DNA of 64,000 bases, taken from a virus (taxonomy: Duplodnaviria; Caudoviricetes). A program made the translations under genes and the position numbers. Position 1 is the stretch's first letter. Each line of letters opens with the position of its first letter. Of this stretch, positions 1 to 8,471 are shown one piece after another. The notes below the pieces were generated by a model that did no database searches, had not been told where the DNA came from, and saw only the letters and a program-made list of their open reading frames with translations. The stretch is taken from IMG/VR virus record IMGVR_UViG_3300037067_019009, positions 96,001-160,000 of that record. The stretch is one strand, 5' to 3'.

Positions 1-300
1 GCTGACTTCAACTGCTACAGATATCGGCATGTAATCATCGAGTCCATACCAAAGAGATACTCGCGGGCAATCTGACCTTCGCTTGGGCTCAAACACTACC
101 ATTGTTGCGCCAATACCGCTAACGTTTACCGGTCTAGCTATTACTGTGTCTAAATGTCCATCACGAACGTTAGCCATTACGCCGCCGCCAGGGCAGTGCC
201 TGAATAAAACACCAACATAATAAGTGGCAGTCGAGAGCAATATTACTTGAACTAGTATTACTGCCAGGGGCAACACCACCTTATCAACATAACGCCGCAT
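1..300 (-). CDS. hypothetical membrane-anchored protein, runs off window start
   Basis: ATG at 300 after a GGAGGAG RBS; frame open to position 1; hydrophobic N-terminal segment (VVLPLAVILVQVILLSTATYYVGVLF). Confidence 0.6.
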   Translation of the reverse strand, partial: MRRYVDKVVLPLAVILVQVILLSTATYYVGVLFRHCPGGGVMANVRDGHLDTVIARPVNVSGIGATMVVFEPKRRSDCPRVSLWYGLDDYMPISVAVEVS

Positions 301-312
301 ACCGTACTCCTC

Positions 313-969
313 CTACTGAGATTTGCTCAGCTCTATGTACAAGTTAACGTACTTCCTATATTCCTCTATCTTCTCGGCAGATAAGCGGTAATCACGCGCT
401 ATCTCTTCTCCCTTTTCTAACCAGTCTTCTACAGAAAGAACACGACATCCTATCTTTATCCACCCAGGAGCAGGTATACAAAACGAGTATGAACTCCCCT
501 GTATATAGAGAGGAGATCCACCCCAGCTTCCTTCATACACTACAGCATCACTGTGCACTTTAGCATTCCCTCGTAATATAGCAGTGCCATAAACCATAGC
601 ATTGCCATATACGTAGGCAGTGTCACATACTTCAGCGTGGCCAAACACTTTAGCGTATTGGCATACCTTAGCGCTGCCATGTATTTCAGCATGACCATAG
701 ATCTGAGCACTATCAGAAACTAAGGCGCCGCCGAACACTTTAGCATCATTACGCACTATGGAATTATCATGCACTTGCGCATAATCATATACCATAGCAT
801 CTGGTCCAATATACGCTGTATCACTGACTAATGCCGTGTTTTGTACCCAGCCATCACCATTTGGGTGGTGATGCCACGTCTCTTCCGTGGCATCGGGAAA
901 TCGTTCTTGTAATTCTTTTAAGGTCATGCCAGTCTCCCGTGGCATATATCGCATTTTATTCATATGCAT
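313..969 (-). CDS. left-handed beta-helix (hexapeptide repeat) phage protein; likely true start at 927
   Basis: Tandem AxVxGx hexapeptides (AKVFGG, AQIYGH, AEIHGS, AMVYGT); C-terminal WIKIGC motif seen in phage LbH proteins; GGGAG RBS before ATG 927. Confidence 0.8.
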   Translation of the reverse strand: MHMNKMRYMPRETGMTLKELQERFPDATEETWHHHPNGDGWVQNTALVSDTAYIGPDAMVYDYAQVHDNSIVRNDAKVFGGALVSDSAQIYGHAEIHGSAKVCQYAKVFGHAEVCDTAYVYGNAMVYGTAILRGNAKVHSDAVVYEGSWGGSPLYIQGSSYSFCIPAPGWIKIGCRVLSVEDWLEKGEEIARDYRLSAEKIEEYRKYVNLYIELSKSQ

Positions 970-971
970 AT

Positions 972-1228
972 CTTAGGTTATAGGTGTGCTACTACGCTAA
1001 AGACTCCAACGGCTTCGCCTGGCTTCTTACCTTCAGACCTCGCAACGGCTAGAGGATCTTTCACCGTACCAGGTATTGTATACTACCATGGGTATACACG
1101 CAGGATACATCCGTTTTCGAGCCTGCGCTGACTTTTAACCAGGATACCTTATTCGCTTTGTACCTGGACTCCACTTGTCACTCTTTAAAGGATGGCTGCC
1201 TCTAAGCCCACCTCCCTAATAACCTAAG
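972..1228 (-). ncRNA. structured ncRNA containing a split mimic of the 23S rRNA L11-binding/GTPase-associated centre (H43-H44)
   Basis: Terminal stem CTTAGGTTATTAGG/CCTATAACCTAAG encloses GGAGGTGGGCTTAGAGGCAGCCATCCTTTAAAGA and, ~180 nt later, AGCGTAGTAGCACA; these match 23S GGAUGUUGGCUUAGAAGCAGCCAUCAUUUAAAGA...AGCGUAAUAGCUCA. Confidence 0.75.
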
Positions 1229-1529
1229 TCTTATTAGTGTAATCATCAATCATACGGTCTAGTGCTTTCTCAGCCTTCCTCATCTGCTTTTTAGTGGGCT
1301 TCTTCGGAAGACTATCCAGCGCCCTGATGAACTTCTCCGCTTTCCTCAGCTGTTCGACGGATAGTGGCCTTTTCTTACCAGAAGTCCACACGAATCCGCA
1401 TGCACAGCATGTGTACTTGGGTCTCCCATCCAGGGCGGAGGATGCTTTGATGCCTCTATGCAAGCACCTCGGGCAGCTCAACCCACATCTCCACTTATGG
1501 ATCGTCATGCTCGCTCTCCGAGTAGTCAT
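1224..1529 (-). CDS. small Zn-ribbon protein
   Basis: CPRC...CCAC motif, basic C-terminus. Confidence 0.55.
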   Translation of the reverse strand: MTTRRASMTIHKWRCGLSCPRCLHRGIKASSALDGRPKYTCCACGFVWTSGKKRPLSVEQLRKAEKFIRALDSLPKKPTKKQMRKAEKALDRMIDDYTNKT

Positions 1530-2634
1530 TTATCACAAGGATAAAACTGGTGATAGCACTAGCCACTATAGTGAGAAGAAAAGTAACTATGATCATCCAT
1601 GTAGGAGGCTCCACTGAGAGATAACTAAACTGCCGAAAATCCTTACGTATGGGTCCTCTAGTCTTAGATACCTCCAAAGTCAACCACTTAGCTAAAGCGA
1701 CCGGGTCAAACCTATTCATGCATGATACAAGTTGCTTCGTCCGGGCCTTCAGCACCTCCTGTTCCGTCCAGGATACTACTTTGCACCAACTCACATGATC
1801 GCCTTTCCCCAGGCCAACGATCACGATAAATTCGTTCTTATTTCCACCCTTCCAGTAAGCTTCCTGGTCGAGTGCAGCCGCATAGGGTTTGTCATGAAAA
1901 ATAAGCAGCCAAACTCTGACCTTCTTACTGGCACCATATCTGGAATTAAGTATCTGAAGCTGCCTTTCGGCCTCGACCCGGCCGCTATTCAGGCGTCCGA
2001 GTATGACGGGGCATGTATACCCATTAGGTTCTGGGTAATCGAAGAGATGAAAAGTCTTAGGATTCACTGACCGGAAGTTAAGAATGCTGGAAGATGCCTG
2101 TACCATATTCACATAACTACGCAAATCTACTGTAGGTTCAAGGGACTTATCGTCACCACCCCAGTAAGTGACAAAACAGTCTCCATCATTACTATGGTAA
2201 TCCCTACTTAGTTCTACGAACTGCTTGTTCCCGAACTTTCTAACGAGCCGGAGAAAAGCCAACTCATTCACATTTCTGGTAGCCCCATTAGAATCTGTAA
2301 TTACCCAGTAAGGCTCGTGATCATCTACATCATAAGCATGCTGGTAACCTACCAGAATCAGGTTACCTTTCGAGTCAGTAACATATATTGGGTGTTGGCA
2401 TGAAACTCTCTCATCCCATGCTTCGAAGTATTCCGCTTTCTGAACATACCCTCCCCAGTACTCGATATCGCGCGTCTGTACCGACTCCGACACTGTCACA
2501 CAGATGACTATCAGGATAAAAGCAACCACGAACGGTACGGCGTATTCCCACCAGACCATCCTCCGCTTGAACCATTTGTACAGCACAAACATAGTGATGA
2601 ATGGTATAACGAGCGAAAACCACACAAGCGTCAT
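1495..2634 (-). CDS. membrane protein with large extracytoplasmic (TPM-like) domain
   Basis: Two N-terminal TM helices, one C-terminal TM helix, GGNKNEFIVIVG motif; paired with the LemA-like gene upstream. Confidence 0.7.
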   Translation of the reverse strand: MTLVWFSLVIPFITMFVLYKWFKRRMVWWEYAVPFVVAFILIVICVTVSESVQTRDIEYWGGYVQKAEYFEAWDERVSCQHPIYVTDSKGNLILVGYQHAYDVDDHEPYWVITDSNGATRNVNELAFLRLVRKFGNKQFVELSRDYHSNDGDCFVTYWGGDDKSLEPTVDLRSYVNMVQASSSILNFRSVNPKTFHLFDYPEPNGYTCPVILGRLNSGRVEAERQLQILNSRYGASKKVRVWLLIFHDKPYAAALDQEAYWKGGNKNEFIVIVGLGKGDHVSWCKVVSWTEQEVLKARTKQLVSCMNRFDPVALAKWLTLEVSKTRGPIRKDFRQFSYLSVEPPTWMIIVTFLLTIVASAITSFILVINDYSESEHDDP

Positions 2635-2639
2635 TGAGA

Positions 2640-3179
2640 TTACCTCCTCAGCGAAACATCATTTTCTACGCCGGTCTCGAAGGTATCCTCGGTCTTAGCG
2701 GACGTGACAATCTTCACTTTGATTTCAGGTCGCGTGGCTAGGAACGTACTGCCAGGCCACTTAGTCCTCAGTTTATCATGCTCCGCCTTCATATCGAGGA
2801 GCTCCTTCTGCTCTCGATTAAAAGCTTCCCGCATACCTTCTACCGTAGACATGAGATCCTTATAAACTGAGGCGTCCAACGTCGGGTTGTGCTCCTTTAT
2901 CCAGTTAAAAACCACACCAGACGTGTTCTTATACCTTTCATTCATGCCTCCTATGAACACTTCATAGAAGTCATCTTTGTAGTTCGCCGTTATATCAGCT
3001 TTCTGCGCTATTACCTTCCAGGCTTTATCAAAAGTAGCCTGATTGGACTTCTGTTTCGCCAGTATGGACATACGCAAGTCTATCTCACGGTTAGAGTAGC
3101 TGACATAACCCATGAATATTATAACCGCGAGCACAAGTATGCCTATGGCAGCGATAGGACCGATGGATTTACTAAACAA
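2640..3179 (-). CDS. LemA-like membrane-anchored helical protein
   Basis: N-terminal TM helix followed by coiled-coil helices (YVSYSNREIDLR...AFNREQKELLD...WPGSTF). Confidence 0.55.
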   Translation of the reverse strand: MFSKSIGPIAAIGILVLAVIIFMGYVSYSNREIDLRMSILAKQKSNQATFDKAWKVIAQKADITANYKDDFYEVFIGGMNERYKNTSGVVFNWIKEHNPTLDASVYKDLMSTVEGMREAFNREQKELLDMKAEHDKLRTKWPGSTFLATRPEIKVKIVTSAKTEDTFETGVENDVSLRR

Positions 3180-3248
3180 TCTTATTACCTCCGTACAACA
3201 TAATTGCTGAAGGAGGGGATAGGATATAAAGTCTATCCCCTCATGCTA

Positions 3249-4013
3249 TCAGAACATGAGTGGCTGACTTGGTGCTTGGCCGGCGATTACCTTACTCTGG
3301 CTGGAGATAGATTTGGAGATGAACTCCGCTAGTTTAGCGAACGTAGTCCTCTCCGCGTCCTCAACGGCAATGAACTTGGAGAACCCGGCCTGAGCATGAA
3401 ACTCATCCAGCTTAAGCTTTACTTCTGAGTTGGCTACGTTGACACCGACGAGAACCGATATCATACCACTCATTGCTTCCTTCTTAGAAATAGCTTCAAA
3501 CGCGGCCTTCACCGAGCTCATCCCTAAAGTTCCGGCGCAGTTCAGGCCATCAGTAATCACTACCGTGAAACCATTCACGTCAAAATCGCTTGCGACTAGC
3601 GTAGCACCATAGCTGGCCGCGGCTTCTATCGCCCCAGTCGTGGCGTCGTAAAGTGCAGTCTGCCCTCCGGTCTTCTTCAGGCATCCGATGTAGTCCCCTA
3701 GATTTATAGAGGACAGCAGCTTGAACCCATGGATCTCGCGTACTTTACTGTCGAATGCCACTACCCGAACCAGTAAATTGTCAGCCCTCGGATCTCGCTG
3801 GCACGCGGCGACAGCTTCCTGGACGGCTTTTTCCATGTAGTCCCTAAACGGCTCCGTAGAACCAGATTCATCTACCACTATGGTGGCGAGGGTGTATTCA
3901 CACGCACCTAGAGCGCTCAGTCGGGTACCAGTGTACCCGAAGTTGTTTTGAGCAGTAACCAACTGCTCCATATCATCTTGTTGAACTATATCCGGCATAA
4001 TTCCTCCCATCAA
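3249..4013 (-). CDS. TerY-like von Willebrand factor A (vWA) domain protein
   Basis: MIDAS-like VVDESGST, GQTALYDA, VVITDG; C-terminal FAKLAEFISKSISSQS; adjacent kinase and PP2C genes. Confidence 0.8.
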   Translation of the reverse strand: MMGGIMPDIVQQDDMEQLVTAQNNFGYTGTRLSALGACEYTLATIVVDESGSTEPFRDYMEKAVQEAVAACQRDPRADNLLVRVVAFDSKVREIHGFKLLSSINLGDYIGCLKKTGGQTALYDATTGAIEAAASYGATLVASDFDVNGFTVVITDGLNCAGTLGMSSVKAAFEAISKKEAMSGMISVLVGVNVANSEVKLKLDEFHAQAGFSKFIAVEDAERTTFAKLAEFISKSISSQSKVIAGQAPSQPLMF

Positions 4014-4027
4014 AAACTAAAACTTTA

Positions 4028-4840
4028 CTACTTCAGAAACTCCTCGGTAGTAGAAAGCTGCATTCCTCGTGCAGTCATGCTGGAAACGAACTGGTCGCCC
4101 AGGTCCTCGAATCCACTTACCGAAGAACTGGCATCCGTGAGAAGAACTAGCTTTTTAATGTTCTCCTCACCGAAGTTGTCAGCGATGTCCTTCACTGTGT
4201 TGGCAAGGCAGTGCGAAAGGGCTTCTCCAGCTACCGCCACTATATCCGCGTTGCTAAGCACGTCGATGAGTTGGGTATTCAGCTGCGTGCTGGCATCCTT
4301 CGGATCCGGCACCTCGGCTTGTACAGCTGAGTAATGTTCCGTGAATACGTTACTGCCTTTAGTAACGAAGTCGACGCTCTTGAAACGTGCCTTTTCCCAC
4401 AGAGTTATAGCGTTGTGGAATTCCGGAACGAGGGCATGCCCCCATGATCCTATTAGACAGTGCGGTGGCCATATGCAGAGTACGTATCTGCCATTCGTCT
4501 CCAACGCCTTCACATAAGCTAGCGCCCTATTGTAGAGCGATGGCATAGTAGTAGTCCACCTACCACTCTCCACATCTCCGGCGGTGATGAGCGTGAATGG
4601 GGCAGGGTTGTTTCCAGCCGAATCCTTCCAGTAAGCTGGATGTGCAATGTCGATAATCCGGTGGCTATCCATTGTCACGTGAATATCGTCGATTCTACTC
4701 TGAAGACGGCCTACCATAGCGGCTAACCGCTTCATATCGTCTTCGGCGGACGGGACTACAAGAGCGCCTACCTCTCCTCCTGGCCCCTTTGCCACACAGA
4801 AATCGTTCTGGGGATCGATTACTAATAACTCAAGTCTCAC
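4028..4840 (-). CDS. nicotinamidase/isochorismatase-family cysteine hydrolase
   Basis: IDPQNDFC, DSH, WPPHC, KG...EHYS, GEALSHC catalytic motifs. Confidence 0.85.
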   Translation of the reverse strand: MRLELLVIDPQNDFCVAKGPGGEVGALVVPSAEDDMKRLAAMVGRLQSRIDDIHVTMDSHRIIDIAHPAYWKDSAGNNPAPFTLITAGDVESGRWTTTMPSLYNRALAYVKALETNGRYVLCIWPPHCLIGSWGHALVPEFHNAITLWEKARFKSVDFVTKGSNVFTEHYSAVQAEVPDPKDASTQLNTQLIDVLSNADIVAVAGEALSHCLANTVKDIADNFGEENIKKLVLLTDASSSVSGFEDLGDQFVSSMTARGMQLSTTEEFLK

Positions 4841-4854
4841 TTCGGTTGTCCTTT

Positions 4855-6519
4855 CTACTGTTTCATTGATAATTTATACAGTCTATTAGCCTGAATGGCC
4901 ATCAACGTATTACCATCGGCTACCAGTTGCATATCGGCGGAAAACGCCGGGTCTGAAAATCTTCTAGTTCCTGTGCTTCCCTTCCTCGAAGAGAATAGCA
5001 CAATGTCGGTTCCTTCTACCATCACTACAGCCACTCCGCTATCGAGTACAGCCATACTTATTCCAGTATAAGTTATATCCTCATGCTTTATAATGTCATA
5101 AGAGGAGTAGTCATTGGAAAACCGGAATATGAACATATCATATACGGATTGTTTTTCTCCAACCACAGCCAGAACTCCACGCTCGAACTTGGCATCAACT
5201 ACCTTATAGCCCTTCAGTTCAGGTATCTTGACATTATAGGTACATCCGGCCTTGGGTAAAATCGTAGCGAACCACATGCCCAAAGCATCTTGCATAGCCA
5301 CTCCATCAAACATAGTAGTAGACTTAGATGTCACGTTAGCAACCATCGTAGCCGCTGGGAATACACTTGGGTACAACTCCTTAAGTTCAATATGGAGTAG
5401 CTTATTACCCTGCTTAACATACACATCACCTCCGTAGCTGAACATATCATCCACATCAAGAATCATGGGTATTTCTCTCGGAGAATCGATGCCTGCCATT
5501 TTCAGCATGTCCTGCTTCCATACAGCCACACGCTTACCGGAGGTTGTCCTGGCTATATGGAAATCCCCGCCCCCAAACACCCTCTTTGCTCCACTATAAG
5601 TACCAGTCGAGGTGATGGCCAAACCACACCTATAGCTTATTATATTAGAGCTATACTCATGCACCAGCTCCATATTAATAAGCCCTGCGGTTACTATAGG
5701 CTTGCTTACAATCGTGGTAAATACGATAGCCTCTATGCCCTCCGGAGGAGGAATACGTTCTCCCCCTTCCAACACCCGCAGGTACCACTGAAAATACCCG
5801 GAAGGTATTACGTCAAATGGTTGACATACTGGCGGAACAGACACATCTTTGTTAAGGACCGATAGATTGGCCAGCATCCTTTCGTCTAAGCCACTTACTC
5901 TCGGATGGCTGCCTTTATAAGGATGTATCCCAGTGAACATCTGAAAGGATACTATCGCAAAAGAAAACCAATCGGTTCCTTCGTTGAATACACCTGGCTT
6001 AGAGTGCCTATCTCGCACACTCTCCATGAGCACAGGAGCCGCGTAATGTGGACACCCGTAAGAATCTACATCTATGAAATAAATGGTATCGAATTTTGAG
6101 CTGACAAGAAAGTTCATCTCATTTAAATCTACAAGGAGTATACTGCAGTCATGAATGCCTTGCACTCCGGTACGCTTGCGATGTACTAGTTTGTTAATTA
6201 TCTCCGGGGTGATACCATGCTTAGTCCTGAAAACTGCAGGAAACAATTTGCAGAGCGGGTAAGAATCCTTGATGTACCGCATAGTGTAGCCGATTGGCTC
6301 ACCACTGCCGCTGAGCAGAATATCTTCCGGCTTGATAACATCCGGGTTAGTAATCCTGGAAAGCTCCCTGATCTTGCCAACAGGAATCATCTTGCTTGGA
6401 TCATGATAGATTTTGTAAGCTTCAAACCCACGGACATATATCGAGCCTTCCCCACCAGTTGCAATAAAGTCATTCTGCGTTAGTGTGACTTTACTTTTAC
6501 CCTGCACGTATACATCCAT
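4855..6519 (-). CDS. Ser/Thr protein kinase of TerY-P triad type
   Basis: GGEGSIY glycine loop, KIY lysine, DLNEMNFLV catalytic loop, IDVDS, DWFSFA, GIHPY. Confidence 0.85.
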   Translation of the reverse strand: MDVYVQGKSKVTLTQNDFIATGGEGSIYVRGFEAYKIYHDPSKMIPVGKIRELSRITNPDVIKPEDILLSGSGEPIGYTMRYIKDSYPLCKLFPAVFRTKHGITPEIINKLVHRKRTGVQGIHDCSILLVDLNEMNFLVSSKFDTIYFIDVDSYGCPHYAAPVLMESVRDRHSKPGVFNEGTDWFSFAIVSFQMFTGIHPYKGSHPRVSGLDERMLANLSVLNKDVSVPPVCQPFDVIPSGYFQWYLRVLEGGERIPPPEGIEAIVFTTIVSKPIVTAGLINMELVHEYSSNIISYRCGLAITSTGTYSGAKRVFGGGDFHIARTTSGKRVAVWKQDMLKMAGIDSPREIPMILDVDDMFSYGGDVYVKQGNKLLHIELKELYPSVFPAATMVANVTSKSTTMFDGVAMQDALGMWFATILPKAGCTYNVKIPELKGYKVVDAKFERGVLAVVGEKQSVYDMFIFRFSNDYSSYDIIKHEDITYTGISMAVLDSGVAVVMVEGTDIVLFSSRKGSTGTRRFSDPAFSADMQLVADGNTLMAIQANRLYKLSMKQ

Positions 6520-6531
6520 ATCAGTAGCCCC

Positions 6532-7359
6532 TTACAATATCACAGCGGCGATGGAAAGATCATCATAATGATTCCATCCAAGTTCCCTATACTCTCTCTC
6601 GAACCCCTGGAATCTACGCTGTAGAAACTCCCCCGTCATAGACTTAAACTTGAACAGTTTAGCTACGACTTCATGCACCGGTACCCTGCCTCCTGATCGT
6701 AAGAAGCTGGCTAAGCCATCGCTGGCGACCGCTGCCCAGTCGTAGTTCCCTTCGCTGAGATCTACATAGTAACTCCCCGGCTCCATGAAACTTATCGTCT
6801 CGCCTGAAACCTGGCCGGACTCCGATATGAGATAGTCATAAACGCATAATTCCCAGCCATCAGGAACATATGCTAGTCTAGACTTATCGAACTCATATAC
6901 CACATAATAGGGGTAGCTGTTCTCATAGATAAGTTCTACTACCCTGATCTCGCCGGACTTCATTCCGAGGGTTATAACACCATCTCCATAGGCACAGGCC
7001 TCTAACTGGCCGATTCCAGACCCTCGTAGGGATGCCTTTAGTGTAAGTAACGTAGCATCCATACACTCCGAGGGAAGTCTGGGGAAATTCGAGGTCAGAG
7101 TTAATAACGTATTCTTTGCCACTCGCGACAATTCTTCCGGCCTTATATTATTATCCACACCATAACTTCCAATGTATAAAGCCAGAGCTCTGGCTCCTAT
7201 ATCGGTCATAGGAGAGCCGGAACACCCATCGGATATAATGGCAAGCCCCACCTCATCATCGGGAGTACGAGGATGGCCACAATAAGTATACGCATAATCT
7301 TGACATATTTTATGGCTATTCCCTATTCGGAAGAAACAATCACTATGCACAATTAACAC
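6532..7359 (-). CDS. PP2C-like protein phosphatase (TerY-P triad)
   Basis: CQDYA, ISDGCSG, ATLL, YGDG, ASDG, DDLS motifs. Confidence 0.85.
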   Translation of the reverse strand: MLIVHSDCFFRIGNSHKICQDYAYTYCGHPRTPDDEVGLAIISDGCSGSPMTDIGARALALYIGSYGVDNNIRPEELSRVAKNTLLTLTSNFPRLPSECMDATLLTLKASLRGSGIGQLEACAYGDGVITLGMKSGEIRVVELIYENSYPYYVVYEFDKSRLAYVPDGWELCVYDYLISESGQVSGETISFMEPGSYYVDLSEGNYDWAAVASDGLASFLRSGGRVPVHEVVAKLFKFKSMTGEFLQRRFQGFEREYRELGWNHYDDLSIAAVIL

Positions 7360-7396
7360 CTTTCGGAGATGATACTTACGAATTACAAACCTAGAG

Positions 7397-7630
7397 AAGG
7401 TGGGAAGGTCTAAATGCTAGTACATAGCACTTCCTAATGGACCTCCCACCCCACTACAGCAGTGTAGTCTGCTGTCGACTGCAGTGTTTATGGTGCACAC
7501 TACCAAAACCGCCTCCATGTTTCGTCAGGAGGCCCATCGGTGATACGGCCATACAACCGTGACGCCATTTAGCTCGCGCCCTAGCCAGTTGCCTATATTA
7601 GGGTAAGGCAACATCTCAACTAGCCACTAC
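7397..7630. ncRNA. candidate structured non-coding element, several hairpins
   Basis: ORF-free; hairpins GGTGGGAAGGTC/GACCTCCCACC, ACAGCAG/CTGCTGT, GCCTCC/GGAGGC, TTGCCT/AGGCAA; directly 3' of tRNA-Thr on the minus strand. Confidence 0.35.
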
Positions 7631-7635
7631 TTATG

Positions 7636-7710
7636 TTATTCCCGCTTAGACTCGAACTAAGATCTTCCTCGTTACAAACGAGGGTGTTACCTACTTACAC
7701 CACGGGAATA
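7636..7710 (-). tRNA. tRNA-Thr(TGT), slightly irregular D/anticodon junction, no encoded CCA
   Basis: Acceptor TATTCCCG/CGGGAATA, D arm GTGT..ACAC, anticodon arm CCTCG-TTTGTAA-CGAGG, T arm CTTAG-TTCGAGT-CTAAG. Confidence 0.75.
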
Positions 7711-7746
7711 GCCTGCAGCTGACGTCTAAGCTGCATACCCCCAGTG

Positions 7747-8274
7747 CTATACAAGCAAAAGGGATTTGGTGAAGTTCCACTTATCAGTCGGAACCTCTTT
7801 AACATTTACAGAATCGTAGTCTAAAAGGATCTCTCCACCAGTGTAGAGATCCTTTACTCTATCTACCTTTGCTTTAGCCCTTTTAGAAAGCTCAATGGAG
7901 GAGAAGTAACCCGCTACATTATGCTCCCTAACTAAAACTTTGTCAAGCCTTTGGCCCCTCCACCTGTCGTGGAGAACGAAGTTTATCAAAGGTATGCCTT
8001 GAAAGCAGGCCCGACTCACCTGCTTTCTAGAGGAACAATCGAGAAGAACCACATTAAGTCCTCTGGCTATGCAGTACAGAAAATTATAATCCAGATCTTC
8101 TATAATCTGGCTCCATCTAGATTGCTCGCACAAGGTGGACTGAATACGTACACAACCCCTAGCTAACCCGGCTTTAGGATGAGACATGCCATGAAATAGA
8201 TTTACAAAATATATAGGCTTCGGTCGTATGGAAGTGAGGAATTCCTGAAACCTTTTATCTGAGGCTGTGGTCAC
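7747..8274 (-). CDS. hypothetical protein downstream of Ro60
   Basis: 175-aa ORF co-oriented with neighbours. Confidence 0.6.
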   Translation of the reverse strand: MTTASDKRFQEFLTSIRPKPIYFVNLFHGMSHPKAGLARGCVRIQSTLCEQSRWSQIIEDLDYNFLYCIARGLNVVLLDCSSRKQVSRACFQGIPLINFVLHDRWRGQRLDKVLVREHNVAGYFSSIELSKRAKAKVDRVKDLYTGGEILLDYDSVNVKEVPTDKWNFTKSLLLV

Positions 8275-8471
8275 TTTTTACCAAACTTTCCGCTAATCCT
8301 GCTTAGTATTTTATGAAGTCGCAACTTTGGTACAATCGTCCTGCACCACCACTTCACCGCATTGGATAGTCTAGAATTGTTATCTCTTTTTCCAATATTT
8401 AATTCACTCCTCCGGTACTATTTGAAGTTGGATTGAATATCCAATATATGGGGTTCAATCGAATGATCTAC

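Noticed and set aside
972-1228. A 23S rRNA gene or fragment
   Set aside because: Only H43 and H44 match, and unrelated sequence splits them, with no flanking rRNA. Treated as a mimic ncRNA.
7505-7535. Hammerhead-like core CTGACGA/GAAAC on the minus strand
   Set aside because: The two core elements overlap, leaving no room for stem II.
8303-8395. Possible selenoprotein mini-ORF (MEKEITILDYPMR-UGA-SGGAG..) with a SECIS-like hairpin GGTGCA-GGACGAT-TGTACC
   Set aside because: The frame stops after only 30 codons. An alternative frame ends in a GTGA overlap with the next gene and explains the region equally well. No Sec machinery is visible.
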